Source: Octopus sinensis (Eukaryota). Taken from it: a stretch of DNA of 22,416 nt. Both the position numbers and the translations under genes were made by a program. The stretch is from assembly GCF_006345805.1 (NCBI RefSeq), contig NW_021836946.1, forward strand, positions 1 through 22,416. The letters are read 5' to 3'. This document shows, piece by piece, positions 9,907 through 20,335 of this stretch. How positions within the stretch are numbered: the first letter of the stretch is position 1; each line of letters starts with the position of its first letter. A model generated the notes under the pieces. The model did no database searches, was not told the origin of the DNA, and saw only the letters and a list, made by a program, of their open reading frames with translations.

Positions 9907-12327
9907 CTAAGTTCTATCTGAATCTAAAGGTGAACGGTAGTTTATGAATGCAAAAAAGTTTTTTTCATTTATGTTGTTAATAATATGCCTACCCGCTTTA
10001 ATAATGAAAAAAATTTCTTAATACATAGAGAGCATTTTTTATTTTTTCCATTATACACAGGTGCTGAAGTTAGTATTTTCCAATTAATCTAAATCTAAGT
10101 TCTTACTTTTGAGTTCCCAAATGTATGCACTTAACCTGTAGAGTACATTCTATTTTATTTCTAAAAGTATATCTGTGATAATTCAGTCTCTGTTTCATGC
10201 TATTCATAGTTGCTCCGATATACACCCTACTACTAATTTGTGTATCCACAGTGCATTGGTAAACTACCTCCTTCCTGAGGCATTGATTACCAAACACACA
10301 TTTATTTCTGTTTCTGAAATTACAATTATTAACAGGTTGAGGTAATCTAAGATTAGTCCCCAATCCTGTACCACCATTCACATTAGAAGTGTTACAATTG
10401 TTAACATCATCCAAACCCAAAATCAACGAATGAGTTAATTTAACATTATTGGCGATATTCCTATCACTAGTACTAGTATTGGTAGTAGTAGTAGTAGTAT
10501 CATCTATTAAATTTATATTAACCCTAGCAGGTACGGTACGCTCATAATTTGTAAGAGGGTTGTTCCCGTTAGTTCCAAAAAAGTTTCTGTTCCTATTATT
10601 AAAGAGGGGCAAATTTCCATTATCTAAATTCAACTTTCTATCTTTATAGAAGTAATCCAGTTTCCTGTTATTAAAAGAGGAGATAATGGTGGCTAGATTA
10701 TGAGTAATGCTATATCCTACTCTAACAGTACCATTGGTAATTAAATGACTAAATTTATTCCTATCCTTACCAAAATGCCTAAATATTACATTATGCAAAG
10801 CTCTAACTATGTCTGTTTTAATCTGCATTGCATATGGGATAATCATCCAGAGTGTATCCTTATCAGAATTAGGATTGCCTATCGAATTATTGTTTTTTGT
10901 AAAAATCCTATTCCTAGACAAACCCATATGTTTACTATCCTTACCATTGTCATTGTTATATCTATCCATACCAATATTCCCATGATTATTACGCAAGTAA
11001 ACTTTACCATTATCATATCTACCATAGGTTTTTATATGTATATTATTAATATTACTACTATTACCCGTTTGCTCAGATCTATTTGAGCTACCGTTCACTG
11101 TTCCGAGGTTAACATCACCTCTATAATTACTATAGGCGTTATCATATATTCTATTTTTTCTATTCTTATATTTATTATTGTTTATCCTAAATCTATTGGC
11201 GTTGTTCCTAATAGTTCCACCTCCATTTGGAGGGTTCCCCTTGGGTATATACCATATTTTACTATTGTATCCTGCTTTTAGCAATGCTGCATTGTATCTA
11301 TCACAATGCTTGTTAAAAATTTCCTCGTAAGAGGATAAACAAGAATTTGAGGGGGGTGATTGCTTGAACGGTTTATATATATTAGGTTAGAATTGGGTTT
11401 AATATAAGGTTCATGTAATCCGTTAGTTATGTTACAATTAACATCTAAATAATTAGCAGAATAGTTTTCACTTTCAATGATAATGGATAGGCCGAAACTT
11501 TTAAAAAATTTATTTATTCTTTTTTTTCAGAAGATCCAATCTCCTATTAGATGTATTCTTAACACAAAATAGAGCGTCATCCCTGTATAATCCACCTTTT
11601 AATTCAGGGAATTCCCTACTAAAGTTATCTAATAGATACATCCCTACTAGATCAGTCACTTCCGCCGAGTCCGGCGATCCCATGGTGATGTCGAACAAGT
11701 TGGGTGTGTCCTTTCTAGCCCAAGGTTTATTATCAAACTCTATTAAAGTTTTCCTGGCTGTTAATATAACCTTGATCTCCCCCATACTTAATTTAGTGTA
11801 TTTTCTAGCAAAAATTAAAGCCTTATTTAATATAATAGGGTTAATGGAAGTGTAATAATTCTGTATATCAGATTGGATGAATTTACTTCTATTATAACTA
11901 TTGTTGTTGTTGTCACAGACCTTAATGGCAGAAAACCAATCCAAAGCACCCTGAGTATTCTTCCAAAGGTTTAATTTAATTTTACTGCGAATAATGGGTA
12001 GATATTTATCTAGAATGAGTTTGCTTAGTCTGACTAAGTCAGACTTGGTGGGGCAAATTAATCTGACCTGTGTGTTTCCAAGAAAGTTCTCTTTATGATC
12101 CTTTAGTGTGATTCTCGGTCTGGTTGGGGTATATGGTTCTGTTTTTTCTTCTAGGTAGTAGTCCAATAGTATTTCTTTCTATTTCCTTGTCTATTTATAT
12201 TTACTATATATTTTGTATAATGCCTTTACTGATATGCAATGGTGTAATAAAGTACTGATTGGGTATCATCTGATAGTTGATGTTTTATTTATTTAAGTAT
12301 GTTTCTCCATTTCTAATTTTGTAGTAT
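9907..12327 (-). pseudogene. PLE reverse transcriptase + GIY-YIG endonuclease ORF, frameshifted
   Basis: RT motifs ITLKDHKENF, RLICPTKSDL, DIQNYYTSI, ITMGSPDSAEVTDLVG and GGLYRDD. After an extra A in the poly-A at ~11520 it reads NYLDVN..PYIKPN..SNHPP; after a small deletion, LSSYEEIF..YNAALLKAGY. EN motifs CNFR..CVFGNQCL..VVYQC..VYIGAT..KQRLNYH, then (frameshifted) SAYIWELK..NWKIL..KCSLC. Confidence 0.9.
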
Positions 12328-12464
12328 ATATATATATATATTATATATATATATATATAATCTGTATACATATGACTTAACTAATTCTAATGATATGATT
12401 TTAATATATATACCTCACTATATATCTAACAGTATGGCCTTTAGACATGCATACATACATACAT

Positions 12465-12502
<38 letters not shown>

Positions 12503-12541
12503 GTATGTATATATATGTATATATATGTATGTATATGTATG

Positions 12542-12577
<36 letters not shown>

Positions 12578-12623
12578 TATTATATATATATATATAATAT
12601 ATATATATATATACATATATGTA

Positions 12624-12655
<32 letters not shown>

Positions 12656-12661
12656 ATATAT

Positions 12662-12701
<40 letters not shown>

Positions 12702-12737
12702 TATATATAAAGATATACTTATAAATATACTTATATA
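12328..12737. repeat. Compound (TA)n/(TATG)n low-complexity tract
   Basis: Direct reading, with a short unique interruption at ~12361-12450. Confidence 0.9.
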
Positions 12738-12795
12738 CCGTTGCCGTTCATCGGACAGTTTTTGCCAGCAAAAACTGTCCGATGAACGGCAACGG
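12738..12795. repeat. Perfect 28-bp inverted repeat with 2-nt spacer
   Basis: CCGTTGCCGTTCATCGGACAGTTTTTGC (12738-12765), CA, GCAAAAACTGTCCGATGAACGGCAACGG (12768-12795). Confidence 0.98.
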
Positions 12796-12817
12796 GAAAA
12801 TCAGAATAACAGGTTTT
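12770..12817 (+). ncRNA. Degenerate type I hammerhead-like motif
   Basis: AAAAACTGT-CCGATGA-ACG-GCAA-CGG-GAAA-ATCAGAA-TA-ACAG-G-TTTT. Stem I CTGT/ACAG extends to AAAA/TTTT. The core has a U-to-C change, and stems II and III carry mismatches. Confidence 0.5.
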
Positions 12818-12914
12818 GTTGAATTCTGCTGTTTTAAATAAACCATATTACTCTACCACTGGTATTTGAGTACTCTTTTTTCCACCTTGTTTCACATTTA
12901 TGTGTTTACTCCGG

Positions 12915-12979
12915 TATATATATGTATCGGAGTACATATATATATATACATATATTATACATATATTATATACATATTA

Positions 12980-13022
<43 letters not shown>
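12915..13022. repeat. (TA)n-rich microsatellite
   Basis: Direct reading. Confidence 0.9.
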
Positions 13023-13023
<1 letters not shown>

Positions 13024-13026
<3 letters not shown>

Positions 13027-13380
13027 ACACCAACTTTCTTCTCTCAGCCTCTCAATCTTCTTAAATATATAGACTCTCTCTCACTCTCTCCTTATCCTCT
13101 CTCAGCCGCTCAATCTTTTGCATAACCTCCTCTCTTTCATTTCTTTCTCTCTCTGTCTCTTCACTTCTCTCCCTCACGCCTCTTTCTTTGTCTCTTCACT
13201 TCTCCACTTCTCTCTGTCACACCATCTTTCCTCTCTCAGCCTCTCCCAATGTTTCTAAATATAAAGACGCGAACTTGCTCCTCTCACTCTCTCCTACTCT
13301 CTTCTTATCTTCTCTCAGCTCTCAATCTCTCTAAATACATAGACACTTTCTTTCTCTATTTCTTCTCTACCCTCTATCGC
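13024..13380 (+). repeat. CT-rich degenerate tandem repeat (motif TCTCTCAGCCTCTCAATC..TAAATAYATAGAC)
   Basis: Four motif copies near 13037, 13098, 13232 and 13312. Confidence 0.65.
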
Positions 13381-13437
13381 ACTATTAAATTTTAAATTTA
13401 AATATAATTAGATAGACAAATAAGTAAAATATTCAAA

Positions 13438-14394
13438 ATGTCCAGAACCTGGAGAAGTAACGAATTGGCGTTGTTCCTAAGAGCCTGACAATGCGCCGAC
13501 GGAGATAATCCGAACAAGATAATTACAGCTGCGCTGAAGAGCAGTGGATATAAAAAGACGACAGCACAGATAGAGCGAAAGAAGCAGGAGTTTATACGCT
13601 CCTATGCACTCATAAGATCTCACATTGGCACGCTTGATGCCATCTTTCACAACGAACAAAGTAAAGATGGCAAGGATGGAGGCGCGGGTACTGATGAAAG
13701 ATGTCAACCGCACTTGGTAGACACCCAGGACAGCAACAAAGAAGATTCAGGTGAGAAACCTGTCCGGGAAGTAAACCCAAGTGCAAGTGCTCCTACCAGC
13801 ACCAAAAGCCAAAGCCAAAACCATGGAGATGAAAGAGCCAAAAAGGAAATAAAACGAGGAAAAACTAAAAGAAAAACAAAAAATGAAACAGCTAAAGAAG
13901 GAAAAACTAAAACTCAAACAAAGCCAAAATATGAAACAGCCAAGGATAGAAGCAAACCTGACTATCCATGTACCAAAAAGGATAGAAACAGACAGCGCAC
14001 ACTAACGTGTAAATTCCACCTGAAAGTTGTCTGCTGGCATGGAGAGGAAGGTGCAGGTTGCCGTTTTGCACATCAAAGACCCTGTCACATAAACACGAAA
14101 CAGGTCAGAAACCAACTATCAAAAGTAAAAGGAATGAACCACGCACCTGCTCCAAAACGGAGGTACGCAGATGTGGTACGTGCTACAAACCGCTAACATG
14201 TTATTGAAAGGGCGGCTGCTGAACAAGAATCTTTTTTGTGCATGGCACAAAAGATTGTGCAGCAGCTAACCTGGCTCCATCAAACTCAAACTCGCAGATG
14301 GGACCATCCACAATACACAAGGCCGCCACAGCAAATAGACCCAAGGTGGACACCGCCGGCAACAGTATACACCTCACCTAGATGCTCCTACTGA
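13438..14394 (+). pseudogene. LINE ORF1 with CCCH zinc finger
   Basis: A single frame runs from ATG 13438 (MSRTWRSNELALFLRA) to TGA 14392-14394, interrupted by TGA 13486-13488 and TAA 14194-14196. C-x7-C-x8-C-x3-H lies at 14008-14073. It overlaps the ORF2 ATG at 14382. Confidence 0.7.
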
Positions 14395-17271
14395 ACATCA
14401 GAGGACTGCTAACACTCAGTAATAGGACAAAAATCCAGTTCTTGAGAGACTTTGTTGCATGCAATCAAGCCTTATGCATTGCACTTACAGAAACACACCT
14501 GAAACCGGACGTAGCAGATGCGGAAATACACATACCACAGTATGTTGTACTACGGACCGACAGAAAAGAAAGGAGTCATGGAGGAGTTGCTGTGTACATC
14601 CATGAGCCTCACACCCCAGGTCCTTTTGTCATACTCAAATTCGGTGTGTGACACACTAATTGTACATATAAGGCAACTTGGTGTAGTTATATGTGCTACA
14701 TATCGCCCTCCAGATTCCCCAAGACATGTAGGCAAGTTTGAAGACTGCCTTATAAAAATAGAAGTTCTAGTCACATTAGAACAACACATAAGTGTACTTC
14801 TTATGGGAGACTTCAATCTACCCAATGTCAGATGGCCCGAGGGCCTTTCTCTACCAGGAATGACACGATGTGAACGAGGACAGGCGAGGTCCCTCCTGAA
14901 CCTCATCAACACTCTGTACATGGAGCAAGTAATACTCCAACCAACCAGGGCAGGTAACATACTGGATCTCTGCTTCACAAATAATATGGATCTCATCCGT
15001 AAAGTGAAAGTGACGCCGACACTACTCTCGGATCACAACATGGTAGAGTTGACCATGTACGGGCCAAAGGAAAGCATGGGCATGCAGCCTACAAGAAACT
15101 CTCAGAATCTTTCCAGCTTGAACTTCCATAAGGCAAACTGGAAACAAATTGAGAAAGAGATCCTCAAACAAAACTGGCCTGAATGTCTATCCTCGCAAGA
15201 CATCGACATGAAACTTCAACAATTCATGTCTGTAATGCAAGCCATATGCTACAAATGTATCCCAGAGAGAAAGGCCACTGTACACAAGAGCAAAATCCCC
15301 AGAGAGAGGAAAAATCTAATGAGACGGCGTACAAAAGTTTCAAATCGCCTAAACAAACAAATTGAAAGCAGTGAAAAGTCCCGCATGAAAATAAAACTGT
15401 TGGAAATTGAAAAATGTCTGCAACTCTCCAATGAAAAAGTAAGAGCAGACAAAGAAGCCTGGGCTATTGACAACATAAAATCTAACCCCAGAGCTTTCTA
15501 CAGGTATGCCAAAGAAACGGCTACGGTGCACTGTAGGATAAGGCCACTCCTTGAGAAGGATGGCACACTCTCAGGAAATACTAAATGAGCAATTCAAGAG
15601 TATTTTCACTCCACCCCTAGGGCATTTTCAAGTCAGCAATCCAACTGACTTCTTTACCACTGCAGATATAAAATCAGAGGCAGCGATGATTTATTACATC
15701 AATATAAAGGAAGACGATGTAATAAAGGCTATTGATGAAATGAAAACAAACTCAGCTACTGGCCCCGATGGATTCCCAGCAATACTTCTAAAAGTATGTA
15801 AGAGAGTCCTAGCAAGACCACTGCAGTTCCTCTTTCAGAGCTTCCTTGCAACTGGCAAACTTCCAAGAAAACTGAAGGAAGGTAAAATATGCCCTATTCA
15901 TAAAGGAGGTAGCAGAGCAGAGGCCAAGAACTACAGACCTATCTCTCTGACCTCACACATCAGCAAGGTCATGGAACGAATAGTCAGAAGGAAACTGATC
16001 ACCTTCCTTGAAGAAAACGACTTGCTGCCTGACACCCAACATGGTTTCCGACCAGGAAGAAGCTGCTTAACCCAGCTCCTACAACACTATGACTGGGTGC
16101 TGAAACGACTGCTCAACCACTCAAATGTGGAAGTCATATATCTCGACTTTGCAAAGGCCTTCGATAAAGTCGATCATGGAATGATATGTCACAACTATCT
16201 TCGCATAGTTGGAAAATTGGGAGAATGGCTTCATGACTTTCTGAAGGATAGAAGTCAGGTGGTAGTAGCCATTAACACGCAAATAGTGGGCGGTGTTCCG
16301 CAAGGCACTGTTCTAGGACCACTACTGTTCATAATGGCCCTCTCAGACATGCCCTCAGCCACGCAGAGAGCCACGATCACAAGTTTTGCAGATGATACAA
16401 AAGTTTCACAGGCAACACAGAACCATGAAGACGCTAAGCACCTGCAATGTGAGCTGGACAAAATATACAAGTGGGCTGAAAAGAATAGCATGCAGTTCAA
16501 TGCTGAAAAGTTTCAAGCTTTATACTATCAGCATGCAAAACTAAATGCAATACCCAATAAATACACTGGACCTGGAGGGATTGCAATCTGGGTATTTACA
16601 TGAGGGATGATGCAACCTTTCATGTGCATGTTGCTAAATTGGCAATGAAATGTAGGCGGCTGACCGGATGGATTCTTAGAACCTTTAGAACAAGAGACCA
16701 GGAAACCATGATGGTCCTCTGGAGGACACTTGTCCTAAGCCACTTTGACTATTGCTCTCAGCTATGGTCACCATCCAGTGTCAAGTTGATCACAGAACTT
16801 GAGGCGATCCAACGAAGCTACACGAAGAAGATAGCCTCTGTGCAGCATAGAAGCTATTGGGAAAGACTCAAGAGATTGAGACTCTATTCCTTAGAGCGTA
16901 GGCGAGAAAGATATGCCATAATATACATCTGGAAGATCCTAGAAGGACTTGTCCCAAACTTTGGCATCGAGAGTTACACAAATGCCAGAACTGGGCGCCA
17001 CTGCATAGTGCCAAGGACTCTAAATTTGCCATCAAGATGTAGGACAAGATACTGTGATAGCCTGGGCTTCCGAGGCCCACAGCTCTTCAATATCCCCCCG
17101 AAGAACCTAAGAGACCTGTATGGGGTTTATGTAGATGTCTTTAAAATGAAACTGGATCTCTTCTTGTCAGGTATCCCAGATGAACCAACTTCACGGCAGG
17201 AGGTGCAGATGAGGGCAGCTGCATCGAACTCTCTCATGCACCAGATGGCATTTGCTAAAAAGCATTCGTGA
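14382..17271 (+). pseudogene. LINE ORF2: APE endonuclease + reverse transcriptase
   Basis: APE motifs LLNIRGL, IALTETHL, RTDR..GGVAVY, YRPP, MGDFNLP, LDLCF and SDHN. RT motifs NYRPISLTS, QHGFRPGRSC, YLDFAKAFDKV, GVPQGTVLGPLLF and FADDTK. CR1-type C-terminus LEAIQR..YWERLKRLRLYSLERRR. Frame breaks near 14620, 15585 and 16600. Confidence 0.93.
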
Positions 17272-17372
17272 AGTAAATTCATGTAGCAACACCAAATGGC
17301 GGTGCCCCAGCATGGCCACAGCTTGTGAGCTGAAACTAAATAAAAATATACATATATATGTATATATATATA

Positions 17373-17400
17373 CTAGCAGAGTTACCCGGTGTTGCCCGAG
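17373..17400 (-). mobile_element. Helitron-like 3' terminus (element probably extends toward ~18.9 kb)
   Basis: Minus strand CTCGG-GCAACA-CCGGG hairpin, then TAACTCTG-CTAG|T: a subterminal hairpin plus CTRR before a T. The 5' TC end was not located. Confidence 0.55.
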
Positions 17401-19086
17401 TTACATACAATTAAAGAATTAGACTTTTCTGTTATATTTTCTGTAATTAACTGGAATACCTATGTTTCGAATTTCATCAAAATTGCAGATTAGGGTTATT
17501 TCTCTCTCTACACACCCAAACAAAATTGTAATCGTGCCACATGTATCCCACACTACTGATTTTTATGCGCATATTCCAAAATCCCAGTCTTATAGAACCT
17601 GTTAAAAAGATTTTGCTCCTGAAAAATGAAGGTCATGGAGCTCTAAAATGTGAGAGTAAAGGCCGCTGTTGGGGGTGGGCATTTTAATGTCAACCACGGA
17701 AGTTGAATTGTTGAGAATCCTTTTAGCTTGGTTCTTATATCTATTGTTTGAATTTCTTTGAAATAGGAAATATATGTTCACTGGGTTTGTAAAAGAGAGC
17801 AAAGCTACAGGAAACCAAAAGATGAATGATCACAATTAGCAGTCAGCTAGAGTACCCTAGTCGTTACCACTCCCAATGTTGTATTCCTCACCATCCAAGT
17901 GACAGGCACAGCCGTAAGATGCATTACGAATTATAGCAATTGGAAGGGCGTGACACAACTGAAATAAACATTAACAACTGTTTCACGTGAGGGCTAAGGA
18001 GAAATGAAAGTTGGAGTTTGCAAATGACCACTATACTGATACGTAACTGGACAGAATAAATATGCAATCTATAACTGTCTTTGAATAACCAGTCACTCAT
18101 CTGGGAAGGCCTTGAAATCAATGTTACCATGTGGGGACTATGTGTGACCCAATGATAATAAAAAGACTGAAAGTGAATCTGCAATCAAATAACTTTACTC
18201 AACACTTTGCAACTGAATCAGTGGAGGCAAAGATGCCTCACATTTACTTGACAATTTATGCACCACATTGCAGAAATCACAATGTAAGTGTATGTCAAAG
18301 CAAACTGTTACACTGTTGTACCTTTGAATTACAAATAATGCTCATCTTTTATGTTCGGGTAACCCTACAGCTTCCAAGAGCACACCTGTATTCGTTTTTG
18401 ATTAGATAAAATGTGGGGTCTTTCTAACTTGTAAGAAGGTGAAATGTTATAAATATTACATCATTTGTATCTAATATCTATGGTTAAAACTTCATTAACA
18501 GCAAAAATATATAAATTGTCATGGGGGTTGTGGCCCTTATGCATAGAATATAATTTCCAAATTTCGTAAATATCCATTCAGTACGACATTTTTAAGCAGT
18601 TGCTCGCCAAGTGGATTATAATTTTGGTGTTAACTCAAAACGATCTGCACGAGTTGTCACATGTACATGTTTTACCGGCATCCCTATCCTTCTGGGGCAC
18701 TAGGTAGTTTGTTCATTGGATGGATAAAACGTCAGTCGAAACTTGAAATACCATTGAAACCAAATTTTACAAATTCTATTTTTTGTTAATCGATCTTCCT
18801 CGCCAATAGATGTTCCGATAAGATTCTGTGCGTACGTATATAATACACACACACATACATACACAGAGAGAAAGAGACAGAGAGACAGAGAAGACAGACA
18901 GATAGACATTAAATAAACAGAACAGTTATGAGTGAAACTTGAGGTCTAAGTCAAATCAATATCACCGTAGTTCACGTGTAAGATCCTGAAACTATCACTG
19001 ACTTTTCTTTTTCAACAAGATGATTAATAATACATAATAATGAGTATGTGCACATGCGTGGTGTGTGTGTGGGGAGTGTATGTGTG

Positions 19087-19440
19087 TTCTGTGTTTAATC
19101 ATTTAAATTCTTTCCTTGAAGAATGATCTGGTTTCTTACAAAGATACAAAGTTCCATCTTTGAAATGTAGATAACGAAAACAATGTCACATTTTAAACCT
19201 AAGAAAAGTCTTACATAGTTTTACTGTTACGCTTATACATTGTATTTGTAATGTGTGAATCAGTTAGACGGTTTATTTTTCTGAAAATCCAAGCTTATCC
19301 AGACTAACATTTAGGCATTTACTTACAAGACCAAGTGCACCAGTTATTATTGTAAATTTACTTTTTGCTTTTACTGGAAATGTAAATTTGTTATCCGGAT
19401 TAAGAACCTGGAGGTTTCGAGGCAGTTGTAGATAGTTATA
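19087..19440 (-). mobile_element. 5'-truncated RLE non-LTR retrotransposon end, copy A (older)
   Basis: QLPRNLQVLNPD..IITGALGLVSKCL..LDKLGFSEK*..LIHTLQIQ..TVKLCKTFLRFKM* (stop 19186-19188). The 3' UTR is homologous to that of copy B. Confidence 0.8.
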
Positions 19441-19551
19441 TATGTATGCATGTATGTATGTATGTATGTATGTATGTATGTATGTATGCATGTATGTATG
19501 TATGTATGTATGTATGTATTATGTATGTATGTATGTATGTATGTATGTATG

Positions 19552-19582
<31 letters not shown>

Positions 19583-19667
19583 CAGTTAAGCTTCGTGCAA
19601 TGACCATACTCGATAACGAGGGGGCAGCCATAATAATGTATGTATGCATGCATGTATGTATGTATGT
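19441..19667. repeat. (TATG)n microsatellite with a 56-bp unique insert at 19581-19636
   Basis: Direct reading. Confidence 0.95.
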
Positions 19668-20050
19668 CCCTTCTATTTTTTAATTATTATAAATCCTCCA
19701 CTGAGGAGGGAGCCAGTTTCCATCAAAGATACAAGGCTCCATCTTTGGGATGTAGTTAACAGCCAAATTCACATTTGGAACTTGAGAAAAGTTTTGTATA
19801 TTTTTACTGTTCCACTCACAGATTGCACTTGTAATGTACGAATTAGCCGCTCAGTTTCTCTTTCTGAAAATCCCAGTTTATCCAGATTCTCCTTTAAGCA
19901 TTTGCTGACAAAACCTATTGCACCAATTATTATTGGTATGAATATGAATTCATAGTCTGGATATAGAAGCTGGAGGTTTCGAATCGGTTGTCCATAGATA
20001 TCCTCTTTTTCTTTGAAAGAGATATTTATATTTGCAGGGCAGCTGACCTG
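19668..20050 (-). mobile_element. 5'-truncated RLE non-LTR retrotransposon end, copy B
   Basis: QVSCPANINI..KEKEDIYGQPIRNLQLLYPDYEFIFIPIIIGAIGFV..TVKIYKTFLKFQM* (stop 19769-19771). This is the RLE D-x-S/P..K..KY..IPI.IGA.G region. A ~100-nt 3' UTR runs into (CATA)n. Confidence 0.85.
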
Positions 20051-20150
20051 TATGTATGTATGTATGTATGTATGTATGTATGTATGTATGTATGTATGTA
20101 TGTATGTATGTATGTATGTATGTATGCATGCATGTATGTATGTATGTATG
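20051..20150. repeat. (TATG)n microsatellite
   Basis: Direct reading. Confidence 0.95.
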
Positions 20151-20335
20151 TGTGTAGGAGAAGGTTTCTCTGATATGAAACCAGATATGCGGGAAATGAA
20201 CGCCATAGGCGCTACACAATTTTGGGATCATTTGCTTCCGTTTGAGATCATAGTATTCCCACACCCCAAAGACTGTGACCAATACTAGCATAAAATATCT
20301 TGTCTCAGTTCGTCTCTGGATCAAGTGAATAGTGT

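Larger units (their letters stand above)
7536..12327 (-). mobile_element. Penelope-like element (Naiad-like), 5'-truncated, with long AT-rich 3' region and terminal hammerhead
   Basis: RT and GIY-YIG on the minus strand (12327-9907), plus a same-strand hammerhead at 7684-7568 and a ~39-nt tail. That 7685-9906 belongs to the element is inference. Confidence 0.75.
12738..12914 (+). mobile_element. Mini PLE-like insert (inverted 5' segment + hammerhead + ~100-nt tail) within (TA)n
   Basis: Unique block bounded on both sides by (TA)n and containing the palindrome and hammerhead motif. Confidence 0.45.
13438..17348 (+). mobile_element. CR1-clade LINE, near full length, decayed (5' boundary uncertain)
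   Basis: ORF1, APE-RT ORF2 and a short 3' UTR ending CTGAAACTAAATAAAAA. Confidence 0.9.

Noticed and set aside
10745-11086. 113-aa hydrophobic plus-strand ORF
   Set aside because: It is the antisense shadow of the Asn-rich PLE linker.
9907-11284. Selenoprotein PLE (some Naiad elements use UGA-Sec and SECIS)
   Set aside because: The Cys positions I read are TGT/TGC or TTC, with no in-frame TGA, and no SECIS-like motif was evident just after the ORF.
12395-13125. YI/MYV-repeat ORFs (also 19371-19683, 19988-20288, 21878-22134)
   Set aside because: They are translations of (TA)n and (TATG)n repeats.
14550-14996. 148-aa minus-strand ORF and other antisense ORFs within the LINEs
   Set aside because: They are antisense to conserved APE/RT coding sequence and show no independent motifs.
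17900-18410. Possible Helitron helicase remnant or captured exon (ORFs 17924-18184, 18131-18409)
   Set aside because: No convincing helicase motifs or splice pattern could be read.
3817-20150. CRISPR-like or prokaryotic systems
   Set aside because: There are no repeat-spacer arrays, operons or cas-like ORFs. The repeats are simple microsatellites in eukaryotic DNA.
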